DNA of 64,000 nucleotides from Candidatus Latescibacterota bacterium. GTDB taxonomy: Bacteria; Latescibacterota; UBA2968; UBA8231. Made by a program: the position numbers and the translations under genes. Shown one piece after another: positions 55,774 through 64,000 of this stretch; positions within the stretch are counted from its first letter, which is position 1, and each line of letters starts with the position of its first letter. The stretch is from contig OZ253462.1 of the NCBI GenBank assembly GCA_965261395.1, positions 5,952,001 to 6,016,000 of the forward strand, in the 5' to 3' direction. Under the pieces are notes generated by a model. That model was not told the DNA's origin. It was given only the letters and a program-made list of their open reading frames with translations, and ran no database searches.

Positions 55774-57215
55774 ACGGTCACCTCCTCGGCGACTTTGAGT
55801 TCGCCGAGATTTGAATTCTCCCCATCATGGATTGTACCGTCCAAGTCGTCTTCCGCAAGCGGATCCACTTCTGGTAATTCAGCCGCCGCCTCGCGCACAT
55901 CGAGCTTGCCGGTGACGACATCGGCGATGAGGCGGGTGTGGTATTCCTGGAGGAGGGCGATCTGGCGGCGAGTAGCGGTAACAGCGGCGGCGAGTCGTTC
56001 GGTATGTGCTCGAATTTCAGCGAGAATATGTTGCTGTTCTGAGATAGTAGGCAAAACAATCTTAAAGTTGCGAATTGAGTGCAATGTCAGTCCTTCACGG
56101 GATGCCCCATTTTGTTCAAAGCGTATCTCGCGTTGCATGAAGGCAGTAGATAAGAATGAAGCCAAGAAGCCAGAGAGCAGACGATTCTTCTTAGGTCTAA
56201 TGATGCAAACATGCTGACTCACGTTACCCTCTGAAAAGTGATCGGGCACAAAGCAGACGCGTCCGATAGAAGCTCCAGTTATATTCAGCAGAACATCACC
56301 GGGTTTCACATGCGTATTTGAAAGCGATTGATGAAGCCTTGGTGTTATTCGCGCAACGCCTTCGAGGTGGAGTCCGTCAAAATGGATGTTCTGACTTCGG
56401 AGGAATGGAATTCCAGCCTCTTGATATACAGTTGCCCCACCACGGGGAGTAACACCGCTACCAAACTTTGTCGCTAAATATCCTAGCGCGACCACCTCCC
56501 AATGTGCTGGCACATCGCCGAGTCCTTCTACACCCGAAGGCTTGAGGCGGACGTTGGGGTCGAGGCCGCGGGTGACGGCGCTATGGATGATGGCCTGCTT
56601 CTGCTCCTCCAGCAGCGCAATCAGCTTCTGCTTGGCGCGGATGTAGCGCTGGATGCGCCGGTCGGCGTGGTCGAGGAAGCGGACGATGGCGGTTTGTTCC
56701 TCGGTGGGCGGTTTTGGGAAGGGCTCACATTTCAAAAGCTCCATTGGAATCCGCATGCGGTGAGACAAAATACCGTTGCCGATACGAACAAGACTCTCCT
56801 GAAACGGCTTCGTCTGAAAGCAGGCGTTCAGATATCGAGGATCATCATCATCCGACCGCCTTGTAAGCACGTAATACACTGGACTGAGGCATCCCGTGTA
56901 ACGTGATAGTCCGACGGACCCGATAATGACATTCATGCAGTTCACTACGATGTCATCAGGCCTCACGACTTTGTATCTGGTGATGTCCTCTGACATCTTA
57001 TTGCCAATGTTGCCCTTCTCAGAATAGGGAATAACGCCTCGGTCTCGCAGTACCGAGAGAACTTTATCGACATGCCGATTGCTGTTCACCTCACCACGCT
57101 CCTGTAGGAGAGCCCCGAGTCGAGGGAGTTCCCAGTGCTCCGGCACCTCCCCCAGCCATTCTACGCCGGAGTCCTTATAGGCAGGATAGGGTTTGAGATC
57201 TGAGGTCATCATCAT
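55770..57215 (-). CDS. hsdS: Type I RM specificity subunit S (start uncertain, 57209-57224)
   Basis: YKDSGVEWLGEVPEHW, PPTEEQTAIVRFLD, LKPSGVEGLGDVPAHW, VVTGKLDVR; two AT-richer TRDs. Confidence 0.95.
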   Translation of the reverse strand: MMMTSDLKPYPAYKDSGVEWLGEVPEHWELPRLGALLQERGEVNSNRHVDKVLSVLRDRGVIPYSEKGNIGNKMSEDITRYKVVRPDDIVVNCMNVIIGSVGLSRYTGCLSPVYYVLTRRSDDDDPRYLNACFQTKPFQESLVRIGNGILSHRMRIPMELLKCEPFPKPPTEEQTAIVRFLDHADRRIQRYIRAKQKLIALLEEQKQAIIHSAVTRGLDPNVRLKPSGVEGLGDVPAHWEVVALGYLATKFGSGVTPRGGATVYQEAGIPFLRSQNIHFDGLHLEGVARITPRLHQSLSNTHVKPGDVLLNITGASIGRVCFVPDHFSEGNVSQHVCIIRPKKNRLLSGFLASFLSTAFMQREIRFEQNGASREGLTLHSIRNFKIVLPTISEQQHILAEIRAHTERLAAAVTATRRQIALLQEYHTRLIADVVTGKLDVREAAAELPEVDPLAEDDLDGTIHDGENSNLGELKVAEEVTV

Positions 57216-57225
57216 ATTCACCAAT

Positions 57226-57310
57226 GTAGGGGCGACCGGCCGGTCGCCCCTACGCCGAATGGGGACACCGTTCGTTTTATGTCTTGTTCGGTCGCCCCTA
57301 CGCCGAATGG
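57226..57310. repeat. REP copy 3 (57226-57253) plus a 22-nt direct repeat carrying a half REP (57241-57262 / 57289-57310)
   Basis: Exact palindrome; CGGTCGCCCCTACGCCGAATGG occurs twice. Confidence 0.9.
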
Positions 57311-57313
57311 ATC

Positions 57314-57853
57314 CTAGCCGTCCCTAACGGCAGGATTCTCTGGGTCTTCCGACCATCTGGCCGGGTTATCCGCGATGTATTGCCGAATCTGATCCAGCGC
57401 GGATTCGTTCCGGATAACGTGTTCGTAGTAATTGCGCTGCCAGACCGATGCACCGGTCGTGCCACGCATTGTGTTGATGCGTTTGGTTGCGGCAGATTTG
57501 AATCCGGCCATCATCGCGCCGAGAGACCTAGGTCGTGGCCCGCTAGGGGCGACCGGCCGGTCGCCCCTACAGCGGTCGTCGGTAATAATGACGATACCAT
57601 GAACATGATTGGGCATTACAACCCAGGCGTCTAGTTCGATCTCGATGCGGATCCGTGCAGATTTTAACCATTCCTCTGCGGCTATCCGGCCCAATTCGTT
57701 CAGTTCCACCTCATCATCAATCGCTTCGCCAAACAGTAATTCCCGCCCGTATGTGCAGACGGTGATAAAGTATGCGCCTGCTCGTGAATAGTCGTAGTTG
57801 TGCAATCGGATCGACCGACGGTGATGTTTCTCCGGATCGTAGGAGGCGTTCAC
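57314..57853 (-). mobile_element. REP-associated tyrosine transposase (RAYT/TnpA-REP, Y1 HUH family)
   Basis: HRRSIRL…YDYS…YFITVCT, HUH motif MPNHVHGI, WQRNYYEHVIRN, YIADNP. Confidence 0.92.
57543..57570. repeat. REP copy 4, inside the RAYT coding sequence (27/28 match)
   Basis: CTAGGGGCGACCGGCCGGTCGCCCCTAC, translated as RGDRPVAP. Confidence 0.9.
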
Positions 57854-59823
57854 TATGCCCTCAAAATCTCGTCCAACAACCCCTCGGTCTCCTTTTCCAA
57901 CGCTCGGATGTCAGCCCGAATCTCCGCCAGCGTTCGCATCGGCTGGGGCTTGTAGAAATATCGGGTAAAGCTGATCTCGTAGCCGATCCTCACGCTGTCT
58001 GGTTGATACCAGGCGTCAGCGGCATAGGGCAGAACCTCCCGCCGCAGGAACGCTTCGATGCCACCTTCCTCTTGCAGCGGAATCTGCTCGGTGTCGCGCA
58101 GGTCGGTGTCCGGTTCGTATTCCACCACGACGGGCTTGCCGTTGACGGTGGCATCGAACCGGCCGCGCAGCGGGTCGGCCTCTGTGCCTCGCTTGTGGAT
58201 CTTCTTGATGACCGGCGGCGCGGTTTCGCTGCGCTCGCAACTCTCCTTCAGCTTCTTGATCTCGGCGGCCTTGTAGGCGCAGTTGGGGTCAGCCCCTTCA
58301 AGTCGCAGCGGCCGTTCGACCGTCACCTTATAGTAGCCGAGGGCGGCATTGTCGAAGATCTTGCTCTGCTCGCTCTCCTCAAAGGCGAGGAAGGTGTCGC
58401 AGATGCGCTGGATGTCCTCCTCGCCGAGCTCGCAGTTTTTCTTGCCCAAGTTTTTGCGCAGCGGCTGATACCACTCAGTGGCGTCGATCAACTGCACCTT
58501 ACCTTGGCGATGCTCCGGCTTGCGGTTGGTGAGCACCCAGACGTAGGTGGCGATGCCGGTGTTGTAGAACATGTTGAGCGGCAGGGCGACGATCGCCTCC
58601 AGCCAGTCGTTCTCAATGATCCAGCGGCGGATGTTGCTCTCGCCCTGCCCGGCGTCGCCGGTAAATAGGGAACTGCCGTTGTGTACCTCGGCGATGCGGC
58701 TGCCGCCCTGCTTCATCTTGGAGAGCTTGTTGGCGAGAAAGAGCATCTGGCCGTCGCTGGAACGGGTGACCAGGGAATACTCGGGATCGTCGGCGTGCTC
58801 GATCACGAAGCGCGGGTCGCGCATGTCGCTCTTGCCGCCCATGCGCTCCAAATCGGTCTTCCAACTCTTGCCGTAGGGCGGATTGGAGAGCATGAAGTCG
58901 AACTCGCGGGATGGGAAGGCGTCGTTGGCCAGGGTGGAGTGCTCCGGGCCGCCTACGATATTGTCAGCGGCGTCCCCTTCACCCTTCAGCAGCAGGTCGG
59001 CCTTGCAGATGGCGTAGGTCTCGGCATTGATCTCCTGGCCGTAGAGGTGGGTGGAAACTTCCTTGCCGCGTTCGGTGGCGAGCTGCTGAAGCACGTCCTC
59101 GGCCACGGTCAGCATGCCGCCGGTGCCGCAGGCCCCGTCGTAAATCAGGTAGGTGCCGGACTTGATCTGGTCGGCGACGGGCAGGAAGACCAGCTTCGCC
59201 ATCAGGGTCACGGCGTCGCGCGGGGTCCAGTGTTCGCCCGCCTCCTCGTTGTTATCCTCGTTGAAGCGCCGGATCAGTTCCTCGAAAATCGTGCCCATGC
59301 CGTGGTTGTCGAGGCCGGGGTGCCTGACCGTGCCGTCGGCGTTGCGCACCGGGGCCGGGCTCAGGTTGATGTCGGGCGAGGTCAGTTTCTCGATCAGCGT
59401 GCCCAAGGCGTCGGCGCGGGACAGTCGCGAAATCTGGTTGCGGAACTCGAAGTTTTCGAGGATGTCCTGGACGTTGGGCGAGAACCCGTCGAGCCAAGCC
59501 CGGAAGTCGGCTTCGAGCTGCTGGCGATTGGCGCGGGCGCGCAGGTCGCGCAGAGTGAACTTGGAGGTATTGTAGAAGGCTTGTCCCGCGATCTGCCGCA
59601 GGGTCGCATCCTGTTCGATGATGCCGGCGTCGTCGAGGGTGGTCTTCATGTCGAGGACCGCCTGCTTGCTGTCCTCCAGCACCGCATCGAGTCGGCGCAG
59701 CACGGTCATCGGCAGGATCACGTCGCGGTACTTGCCGCGCACGTACAGGTCGCGCAGGACGTCGTCGGCGATGCCCCAAATGTAATTCGCGATCCAGTTC
59801 AGGTCGGTGTTGCTGGTCTTCAT
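57853..59823 (-). CDS. hsdM: Type I RM methyltransferase subunit M
   Basis: IWGIADDVLR, EAGEHWTPRD, YDGACGTGGML, NPPY, FYNTGIATY. Confidence 0.96.
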   Translation of the reverse strand: MKTSNTDLNWIANYIWGIADDVLRDLYVRGKYRDVILPMTVLRRLDAVLEDSKQAVLDMKTTLDDAGIIEQDATLRQIAGQAFYNTSKFTLRDLRARANRQQLEADFRAWLDGFSPNVQDILENFEFRNQISRLSRADALGTLIEKLTSPDINLSPAPVRNADGTVRHPGLDNHGMGTIFEELIRRFNEDNNEEAGEHWTPRDAVTLMAKLVFLPVADQIKSGTYLIYDGACGTGGMLTVAEDVLQQLATERGKEVSTHLYGQEINAETYAICKADLLLKGEGDAADNIVGGPEHSTLANDAFPSREFDFMLSNPPYGKSWKTDLERMGGKSDMRDPRFVIEHADDPEYSLVTRSSDGQMLFLANKLSKMKQGGSRIAEVHNGSSLFTGDAGQGESNIRRWIIENDWLEAIVALPLNMFYNTGIATYVWVLTNRKPEHRQGKVQLIDATEWYQPLRKNLGKKNCELGEEDIQRICDTFLAFEESEQSKIFDNAALGYYKVTVERPLRLEGADPNCAYKAAEIKKLKESCERSETAPPVIKKIHKRGTEADPLRGRFDATVNGKPVVVEYEPDTDLRDTEQIPLQEEGGIEAFLRREVLPYAADAWYQPDSVRIGYEISFTRYFYKPQPMRTLAEIRADIRALEKETEGLLDEILRA

Positions 59824-59838
59824 TGGGATTCCTGTACT

Positions 59839-59894
59839 GTAGGGGCGACCGGCCGGTCGCCCCTACGGGTGGTTAAATCATTACGGGTGGTTAA
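59839..59894. repeat. REP copy 5 (59839-59866) with an adjoining 13-nt direct repeat
   Basis: Exact palindrome; TACGGGTGGTTAA at 59864-59876 and 59882-59894. Confidence 0.9.
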
Positions 59895-59927
59895 GGCAAT
59901 TAGAATAAGGCCAAACGGGTGCTTTAG

Positions 59928-61511
59928 CTATGCTGCGACAAAGCGCTCGATGACGTTGGCGGTAATGCGCGAGACGGTCTCGTCCACGAGAATCGAGGCG
60001 GGATAGGTGATGGAGCCGACGGAAAAAACCGCACCGCCGCTCGCCGTCTCGTAGTGGACGATTTCCGCGCCGCCGCGGTCCGGGTTGAGGCCGCGGGCGA
60101 TGATTTCGGTGCCGGGGGGCGAAAAGGGCGAGGTCTTGTCGGTCTCGTGGCCGGAGGCGCCGCCGGGGACCCGCTCGTGCAGGCTGGCCGCGCCAAAGGC
60201 ATCGCCGTTTTTGACGCCCGTGTTGGCGAAAATCCAGTGGTCGGCGGCGAGGACTTGATACGGCGCGGACGTCATAATGCCCGCAAGGGTACAGACCACG
60301 CCGAGCAGGTTGGCCTCGGACTCGTGGTACTGGTGAAAGCGGCTCTCGTAGCCCTCGGCCTGCTGGACGCGCATGTCGCCGTTTTTGACCTTCATCGTCT
60401 GCTCGTCGAGTAGCTCCACTTCGCAGTTTAGGCCGTTGCCTCCCAAGTACATGAGTTTGCCGCCGCGCTCGCGCACCCACGCCTTGAGGTCGTAGTACAT
60501 TTTGCGCGACCAGTACTCGGGATGGGTGGTGATTATGAGGACTTTGTACTGATCGAGGTCGAGCTGGCCAAAGTGCAATTGGGTCTCGGCGTACAGGTCG
60601 TAGGAAAGCCCCTCGCGCTCTAGCCAGCCGAGGAAGCGCCACTCGGCCGGGGCCACGTGAGAGGCGGAGCGTCCCGCGATGGGGTCGGTGATCTGGGCGT
60701 GCTCGGGAACGTGGTTGATCGGTTCGGGCCGGTCGAAGGAGAGGGGGGCGTAGTCCTCGGCGTCGAAGTTGATGTGATCGGGGTCGGTGTAGCGCTTCAG
60801 CTCTAGGCGGGCATTGATCGTCGGCGTGGGCGGAAAGCAGTCGGGGTGGATGTAGTTGGAGCGCCCGCCAAAATTGTTGTACGCGTTCCAGTTGATGTTG
60901 GCGGCGAGCACCGCGATGTCCGCGCTGGGGGCGGCTGGGGCGACGATCCAGGGAAAGGAGAAGAACGCGCCGGACTCGCCTTTGGCGTGGAAGTAGTAGA
61001 GGCCAGAGCGCTCCGGCGCGGTGACGAACTGTTTGTGGGTGGGGCTAGTGTAACCAAACTTGTTCCACATGATCCCGGTTTGCGTGTAGTCGCCGTCTGG
61101 AGTGATCTGCATGGTGGCGCGCGGCCCGTGCTCGTCGAACCAGCCCAGCGGGCGGATGTGCTCTTTTTGCCAGCCGTAGCGCCACAAATCGAGGCGGTAG
61201 GCTTCGAGCGCGTGGACGCGGAACTCGGATTGCTCGCCCGCTTGGACCCACTTGGGCCAGGCGTAGCCGAGCAACTGATGAGCGAGCAAGCGGAAGTGGT
61301 GCGGCCGGTCGGGGTGGATGTTGACCTGCCCGCGCTTGGGGCCGAAGCCGTCTTTTTGCAAGGTCACGGTGTAGGGGCCGGGGGGAATGTCGGCGAAGAC
61401 CTCGCCGGTGGCCCGCGAGCGGGTTTCGAGGTGCAGGTTTTCGTTGGCGAGTTCGAACTGCACGTCGTGTAGGGCGATGTAGCGTTCGTCGCTGACGTAG
61501 CCGATTAGCAT
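59928..61511 (-). CDS. N,N-dimethylformamidase beta-subunit-like protein with a short N-terminal beta-sandwich
   Basis: SGLYYFH, WNAYNNFGGRSNY, LSFDRP, HPEYWS, LMYLGGN, GHETD, GGAVFSVGSI. Confidence 0.75.
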   Translation of the reverse strand: MLIGYVSDERYIALHDVQFELANENLHLETRSRATGEVFADIPPGPYTVTLQKDGFGPKRGQVNIHPDRPHHFRLLAHQLLGYAWPKWVQAGEQSEFRVHALEAYRLDLWRYGWQKEHIRPLGWFDEHGPRATMQITPDGDYTQTGIMWNKFGYTSPTHKQFVTAPERSGLYYFHAKGESGAFFSFPWIVAPAAPSADIAVLAANINWNAYNNFGGRSNYIHPDCFPPTPTINARLELKRYTDPDHINFDAEDYAPLSFDRPEPINHVPEHAQITDPIAGRSASHVAPAEWRFLGWLEREGLSYDLYAETQLHFGQLDLDQYKVLIITTHPEYWSRKMYYDLKAWVRERGGKLMYLGGNGLNCEVELLDEQTMKVKNGDMRVQQAEGYESRFHQYHESEANLLGVVCTLAGIMTSAPYQVLAADHWIFANTGVKNGDAFGAASLHERVPGGASGHETDKTSPFSPPGTEIIARGLNPDRGGAEIVHYETASGGAVFSVGSITYPASILVDETVSRITANVIERFVAA

Positions 61512-61514
61512 GGG

Positions 61515-62186
61515 TTAGCTCCTTGGAATAGAGGCGTAGGGCAAGGGGTCGCTGGCACCGGCCCGGCGAAAGCCCGCCAAGCGCATGCGGCAACTTGTGC
61601 AGCGGCCACAGGCGAGGTCTTCGCGCTGATAGCAGGACCAGGTCAGGTGCAGGGGGGCGGCAAGCGCTAGGCCGCAGCGGATGATGGCGGCTTTGTCCCA
61701 GTCTATGAGCGGGATCTGGATGCGCACTTGGGTTTGTGGGCCAGTACCCGCGGCGACCATGCGCTCATAAGCGGTGAAAAATTCTCGTCGGCAGTCCGGG
61801 TAGTGGCTCTCTGCTTCGTGGGCACCGATGTAGATGTCGGTTGCGCCGATGACCTCGGCCCAAGCCACGGCCACGCCGAGCAAGTTGGCATTGCGGAAGG
61901 GAACGTAGGTGGTGGGTAGGCCGGCTGCGGCGTCGTTTTCGGGGATGAGCTGGGTCGCATCGACCAAGCTGGAGCCGCCGATCTGGCGCATGTAATCGAC
62001 GTCTACCACGAGGCGGGTCTCTACCTGAAAGTGGTCCGCGAGGGCGGAAAACGCCGCGAATTCGCGGCCTTCGGTGCGCTGGCGATAGCGCAAGTGGAGA
62101 AAGGCCAGTGGGCCGCGACAAGCGGCAAGGGCGGCGGTGACGCAGGAGTCGAGCCCACCGCTGACGAGGACGATTCCAAGGCTCAA
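61515..62186 (-). CDS. queC: 7-cyano-7-deazaguanine synthase
   Basis: SGGLDS, TYVPFRNA, YPDCR, TWSCY…CGRCTSC; TTG start overlaps the upstream TGA. Confidence 0.95.
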   Translation of the reverse strand: MSLGIVLVSGGLDSCVTAALAACRGPLAFLHLRYRQRTEGREFAAFSALADHFQVETRLVVDVDYMRQIGGSSLVDATQLIPENDAAAGLPTTYVPFRNANLLGVAVAWAEVIGATDIYIGAHEAESHYPDCRREFFTAYERMVAAGTGPQTQVRIQIPLIDWDKAAIIRCGLALAAPLHLTWSCYQREDLACGRCTSCRMRLAGFRRAGASDPLPYASIPRS

Positions 62187-63352
62187 AGCAAGAGGACGAC
62201 TTCGTTTTGGATGGGGGTCGTAACTTCCGGGCCGCTCTCTGGATCCACGTACACATTGACTTCGAGTCGCACGCCGAACTGCGGCAGGTACGCGCCCGGC
62301 TCGACGGAAAAGCCCGTGCCCGGTAGAATCGACCGCGCATCGTGGGTTTCCAAGTCGTCGAGGTTTACGCCTAGCGCGTGGATGCTCGGACCTGGGCCGA
62401 GGCTGTGCCCCGTGCGGTGGACGAATTGCTCGCCCAAACCGTGCTTTGTCATGGTTTGGCGCGCCACTTGGTCGAGCTGCCAGCCCTGCAGCACTTCGCC
62501 AGCGTGCCACGCGGCGTCGAGCCGTTCCAGCACCTGATCGCGCGCTTCGCGCACTGCGGCAAAGACCTCGGCGTGGGCCGCTGGCACGCGCGGGCCGGCA
62601 AAGGCTACCCAAGTTATGTCGCCAAACACGTGCTGCTCGCCGGGATGGCGCGCCCACAGGTCGATGAGGATCCAAGCTCCCGGCTCAATGGGGGCGGCGG
62701 TGTCCGCACGCGGCTCGTAGTGCGGATTGCCGCTGTTGCCATTGACGCCGACGATCGGCGGATGCCCGATGTCGAGGCCGCGTTGCTCCAATTCGGCGAC
62801 GATGAACGCCTGGACGTCGAATTCGGTGAGGCCGGTGTGGAGCTGGTGGCGTATGTGTTCAAAGGCCGCGTCCTTGACTGCGGCGACTTGGCGGCAGGCG
62901 TCGCGGTGCGAGGCGAGCGCGTCCGCGCTCCAGGTGGCCAAGGCGACCTGGCACAGATCGGCCGAAGACACCACTTCCGGGCCGAGGGAGCGCACCAGCT
63001 CTAAGGTGCCGCCATCGACCCAAGATACCGTAGGCAGCGCACCCCCGGGCCAGTACTCCATGGCCACCTGCGATAGCCCTCCCACCGCATCGAGTAACAG
63101 GGTATGGAGTTGTTCCCAGCTAGCGTAATGGGCGATCTCCACGCCCAGCCCGGCGAGGGCCTCCGGCTCGACCGCCGAGCCGAGCAGGCGCGGCACGCCC
63201 ACGGCCGGCACGATGAGAAAGACGCGCCGAGTCGTCTGCCGCCGCTGGCCCAACAACTGCCACAAGACCGGATTGCCGCCGCGAAAATCGTACACCAGCC
63301 AAGCGCCGATCCCCTCCTGCTGCATATAGGTCTGTATTTTTTGTAGGTCCAA
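62183..63352 (-). CDS. M24 family (Xaa-Pro) metallopeptidase
   Basis: NPHYEP, ILIDLW, GDITW, HRTGHSLG, FSVEPGAY, GVRLE. Confidence 0.92.
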   Translation of the reverse strand: MDLQKIQTYMQQEGIGAWLVYDFRGGNPVLWQLLGQRRQTTRRVFLIVPAVGVPRLLGSAVEPEALAGLGVEIAHYASWEQLHTLLLDAVGGLSQVAMEYWPGGALPTVSWVDGGTLELVRSLGPEVVSSADLCQVALATWSADALASHRDACRQVAAVKDAAFEHIRHQLHTGLTEFDVQAFIVAELEQRGLDIGHPPIVGVNGNSGNPHYEPRADTAAPIEPGAWILIDLWARHPGEQHVFGDITWVAFAGPRVPAAHAEVFAAVREARDQVLERLDAAWHAGEVLQGWQLDQVARQTMTKHGLGEQFVHRTGHSLGPGPSIHALGVNLDDLETHDARSILPGTGFSVEPGAYLPQFGVRLEVNVYVDPESGPEVTTPIQNEVVLLL

Positions 63353-63373
63353 ATGAAAGACTCCTCGGTTCGC

Positions 63374-64000
63374 TCAGTCTTGCGCGGCGAATAACTTCTG
63401 CAAGTACGCGCCCGTGTGGGAGCCAGCCGCGCCAGCCACTTCCTCGGGACGGCCGCAAGCCGTGATCGCCCCGCCGGCTTCCCCGCCTTCTGGCCCCAAG
63501 TCGATGACCCAGTCGGCGGCCGCGATAAATTCGATGTGGTGTTCAACCACCACTACGGTATTGCCCTCGTCAACTAAGCGCTGCAACAGGGCGAGCAGCA
63601 AGCGCACATCCTCCAAGTGCAGGCCCGAGGTCGGCTCGTCGAGGATGTAGAGCGCGTGATCTTCGCGCGAGCGCCCTAGTTCAGCGGCCAGCTTAACCCG
63701 CTGGGCCTCGCCGCCGGAAAAACTGGTCGCCGGTTGGCCGAGGTGCAAATACCCCAAGCCCACTTCCGCGAGGGTCGCTAGCCGCTGCGCGACTCGGGGC
63801 ACGGCGGCAAAAAGCGCGTTCGCCGCGGCCACACTCATCTCCAGCACTTCGGCGATGTGGTGCTCATGGAATCGCACGTCCAATACCTCAGCTCGATAGC
63901 GCCGTCCACTGCAAGCGGGGCAGACGACTTCGAGATCGTCGAATGCGCCCCGGCGCGTGCTGTGTACCCCTCGGCCTTTGCACAGGTCGCAGGCTCCCTC
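63374..64000 (-). CDS. uvrA: Excinuclease ABC subunit A (C-terminal part; runs off the window)
   Basis: Frame is open to 64000; CDLC…CPAC zinc finger, SGGEAQRVKLA, LDEPTSGLH, DLGPEGG. Confidence 0.9.
   Translation of the reverse strand, partial: EGACDLCKGRGVHSTRRGAFDDLEVVCPACSGRRYRAEVLDVRFHEHHIAEVLEMSVAAANALFAAVPRVAQRLATLAEVGLGYLHLGQPATSFSGGEAQRVKLAAELGRSREDHALYILDEPTSGLHLEDVRLLLALLQRLVDEGNTVVVVEHHIEFIAAADWVIDLGPEGGEAGGAITACGRPEEVAGAAGSHTGAYLQKLFAAQD

Larger units (their letters stand above)
51411..59890 (-). mobile_element. ~8.5 kb defence islet (type I RM, RAYT, TA genes) bounded by imperfect ~150-bp direct repeats; no integrase
   Basis: Direct repeats offset by 8630 nt; the islet separates the DMF-amidase-like gene from queF. 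Confidence 0.75.

Noticed and set aside
55770-57224. Phase-variable (invertible) hsdS shufflon
   Set aside because: Single hsdS, no silent TRD copies, no recombinase and no simple-sequence tract seen
16081-59866. 28-bp palindromes or QQERP repeats as a CRISPR array
   Set aside because: Copies are dispersed or coding, with no regular spacers and no cas genes
58681-60006. 441-aa plus-strand ORF
   Set aside because: Antisense to hsdM and crosses the REP; no independent evidence
50879-62186. queC/queF plus RM genes as a Dpd or Qat-type DNA-modification defence system
   Set aside because: No dpdA/tgt-like, qatA or TatD genes; queC and queF look like ordinary tRNA-modification enzymes outside the repeat-bounded islet
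61515-62675. 386-aa version of queC
   Set aside because: The extension overlaps the M24 gene; homology begins at 62186

Overview
GC-rich (roughly 60-65% by eye) bacterial window. The gene families point to a Gram-negative FCB-group organism (Latescibacterota/Gemmatimonadota-like; inference only). I saw no rRNA, tRNA or CRISPR array. Backbone, left to right: DUF5916-like outer-membrane protein, CocE/NonD hydrolase, higBA, MgtE/MscS cluster, a broken cytidylyltransferase-PEP mutase next to a CDP-alcohol phosphotransferase, and a ~20 kb same-strand uptake region (DUF6785-like membrane proteins, TonB-dependent receptor, CTD-bearing secreted protein, PorV-like barrel, Nramp-like transporter, M28-FtsX fusion, OPT-like protein). 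Then come ilvC-leuA-leuC-leuD-leuB-cimA-argJ-aminotransferase-accA, preceded by a near-consensus sigma70 promoter and an unannotated Leu/Ile-rich leader peptide, and on the minus strand uvrA-M24-queC-DMF amidase-like-[type I RM island]-queF. The most notable pattern is three separate cargo insertions, each bordered by a short diverged duplicate ('stub') of the terminus of the adjacent gene (leuC 3' end, DMF-amidase-like 3' end, hsdR 5' end), with no integrase in the window. A REP-associated tyrosine transposase (RAYT) sits inside the hsd operon, and a 28-bp GTAG palindrome occurs five times, including in frame inside hsdR and inside the RAYT gene. Family names come from motif recognition and recall; no database searches were run.
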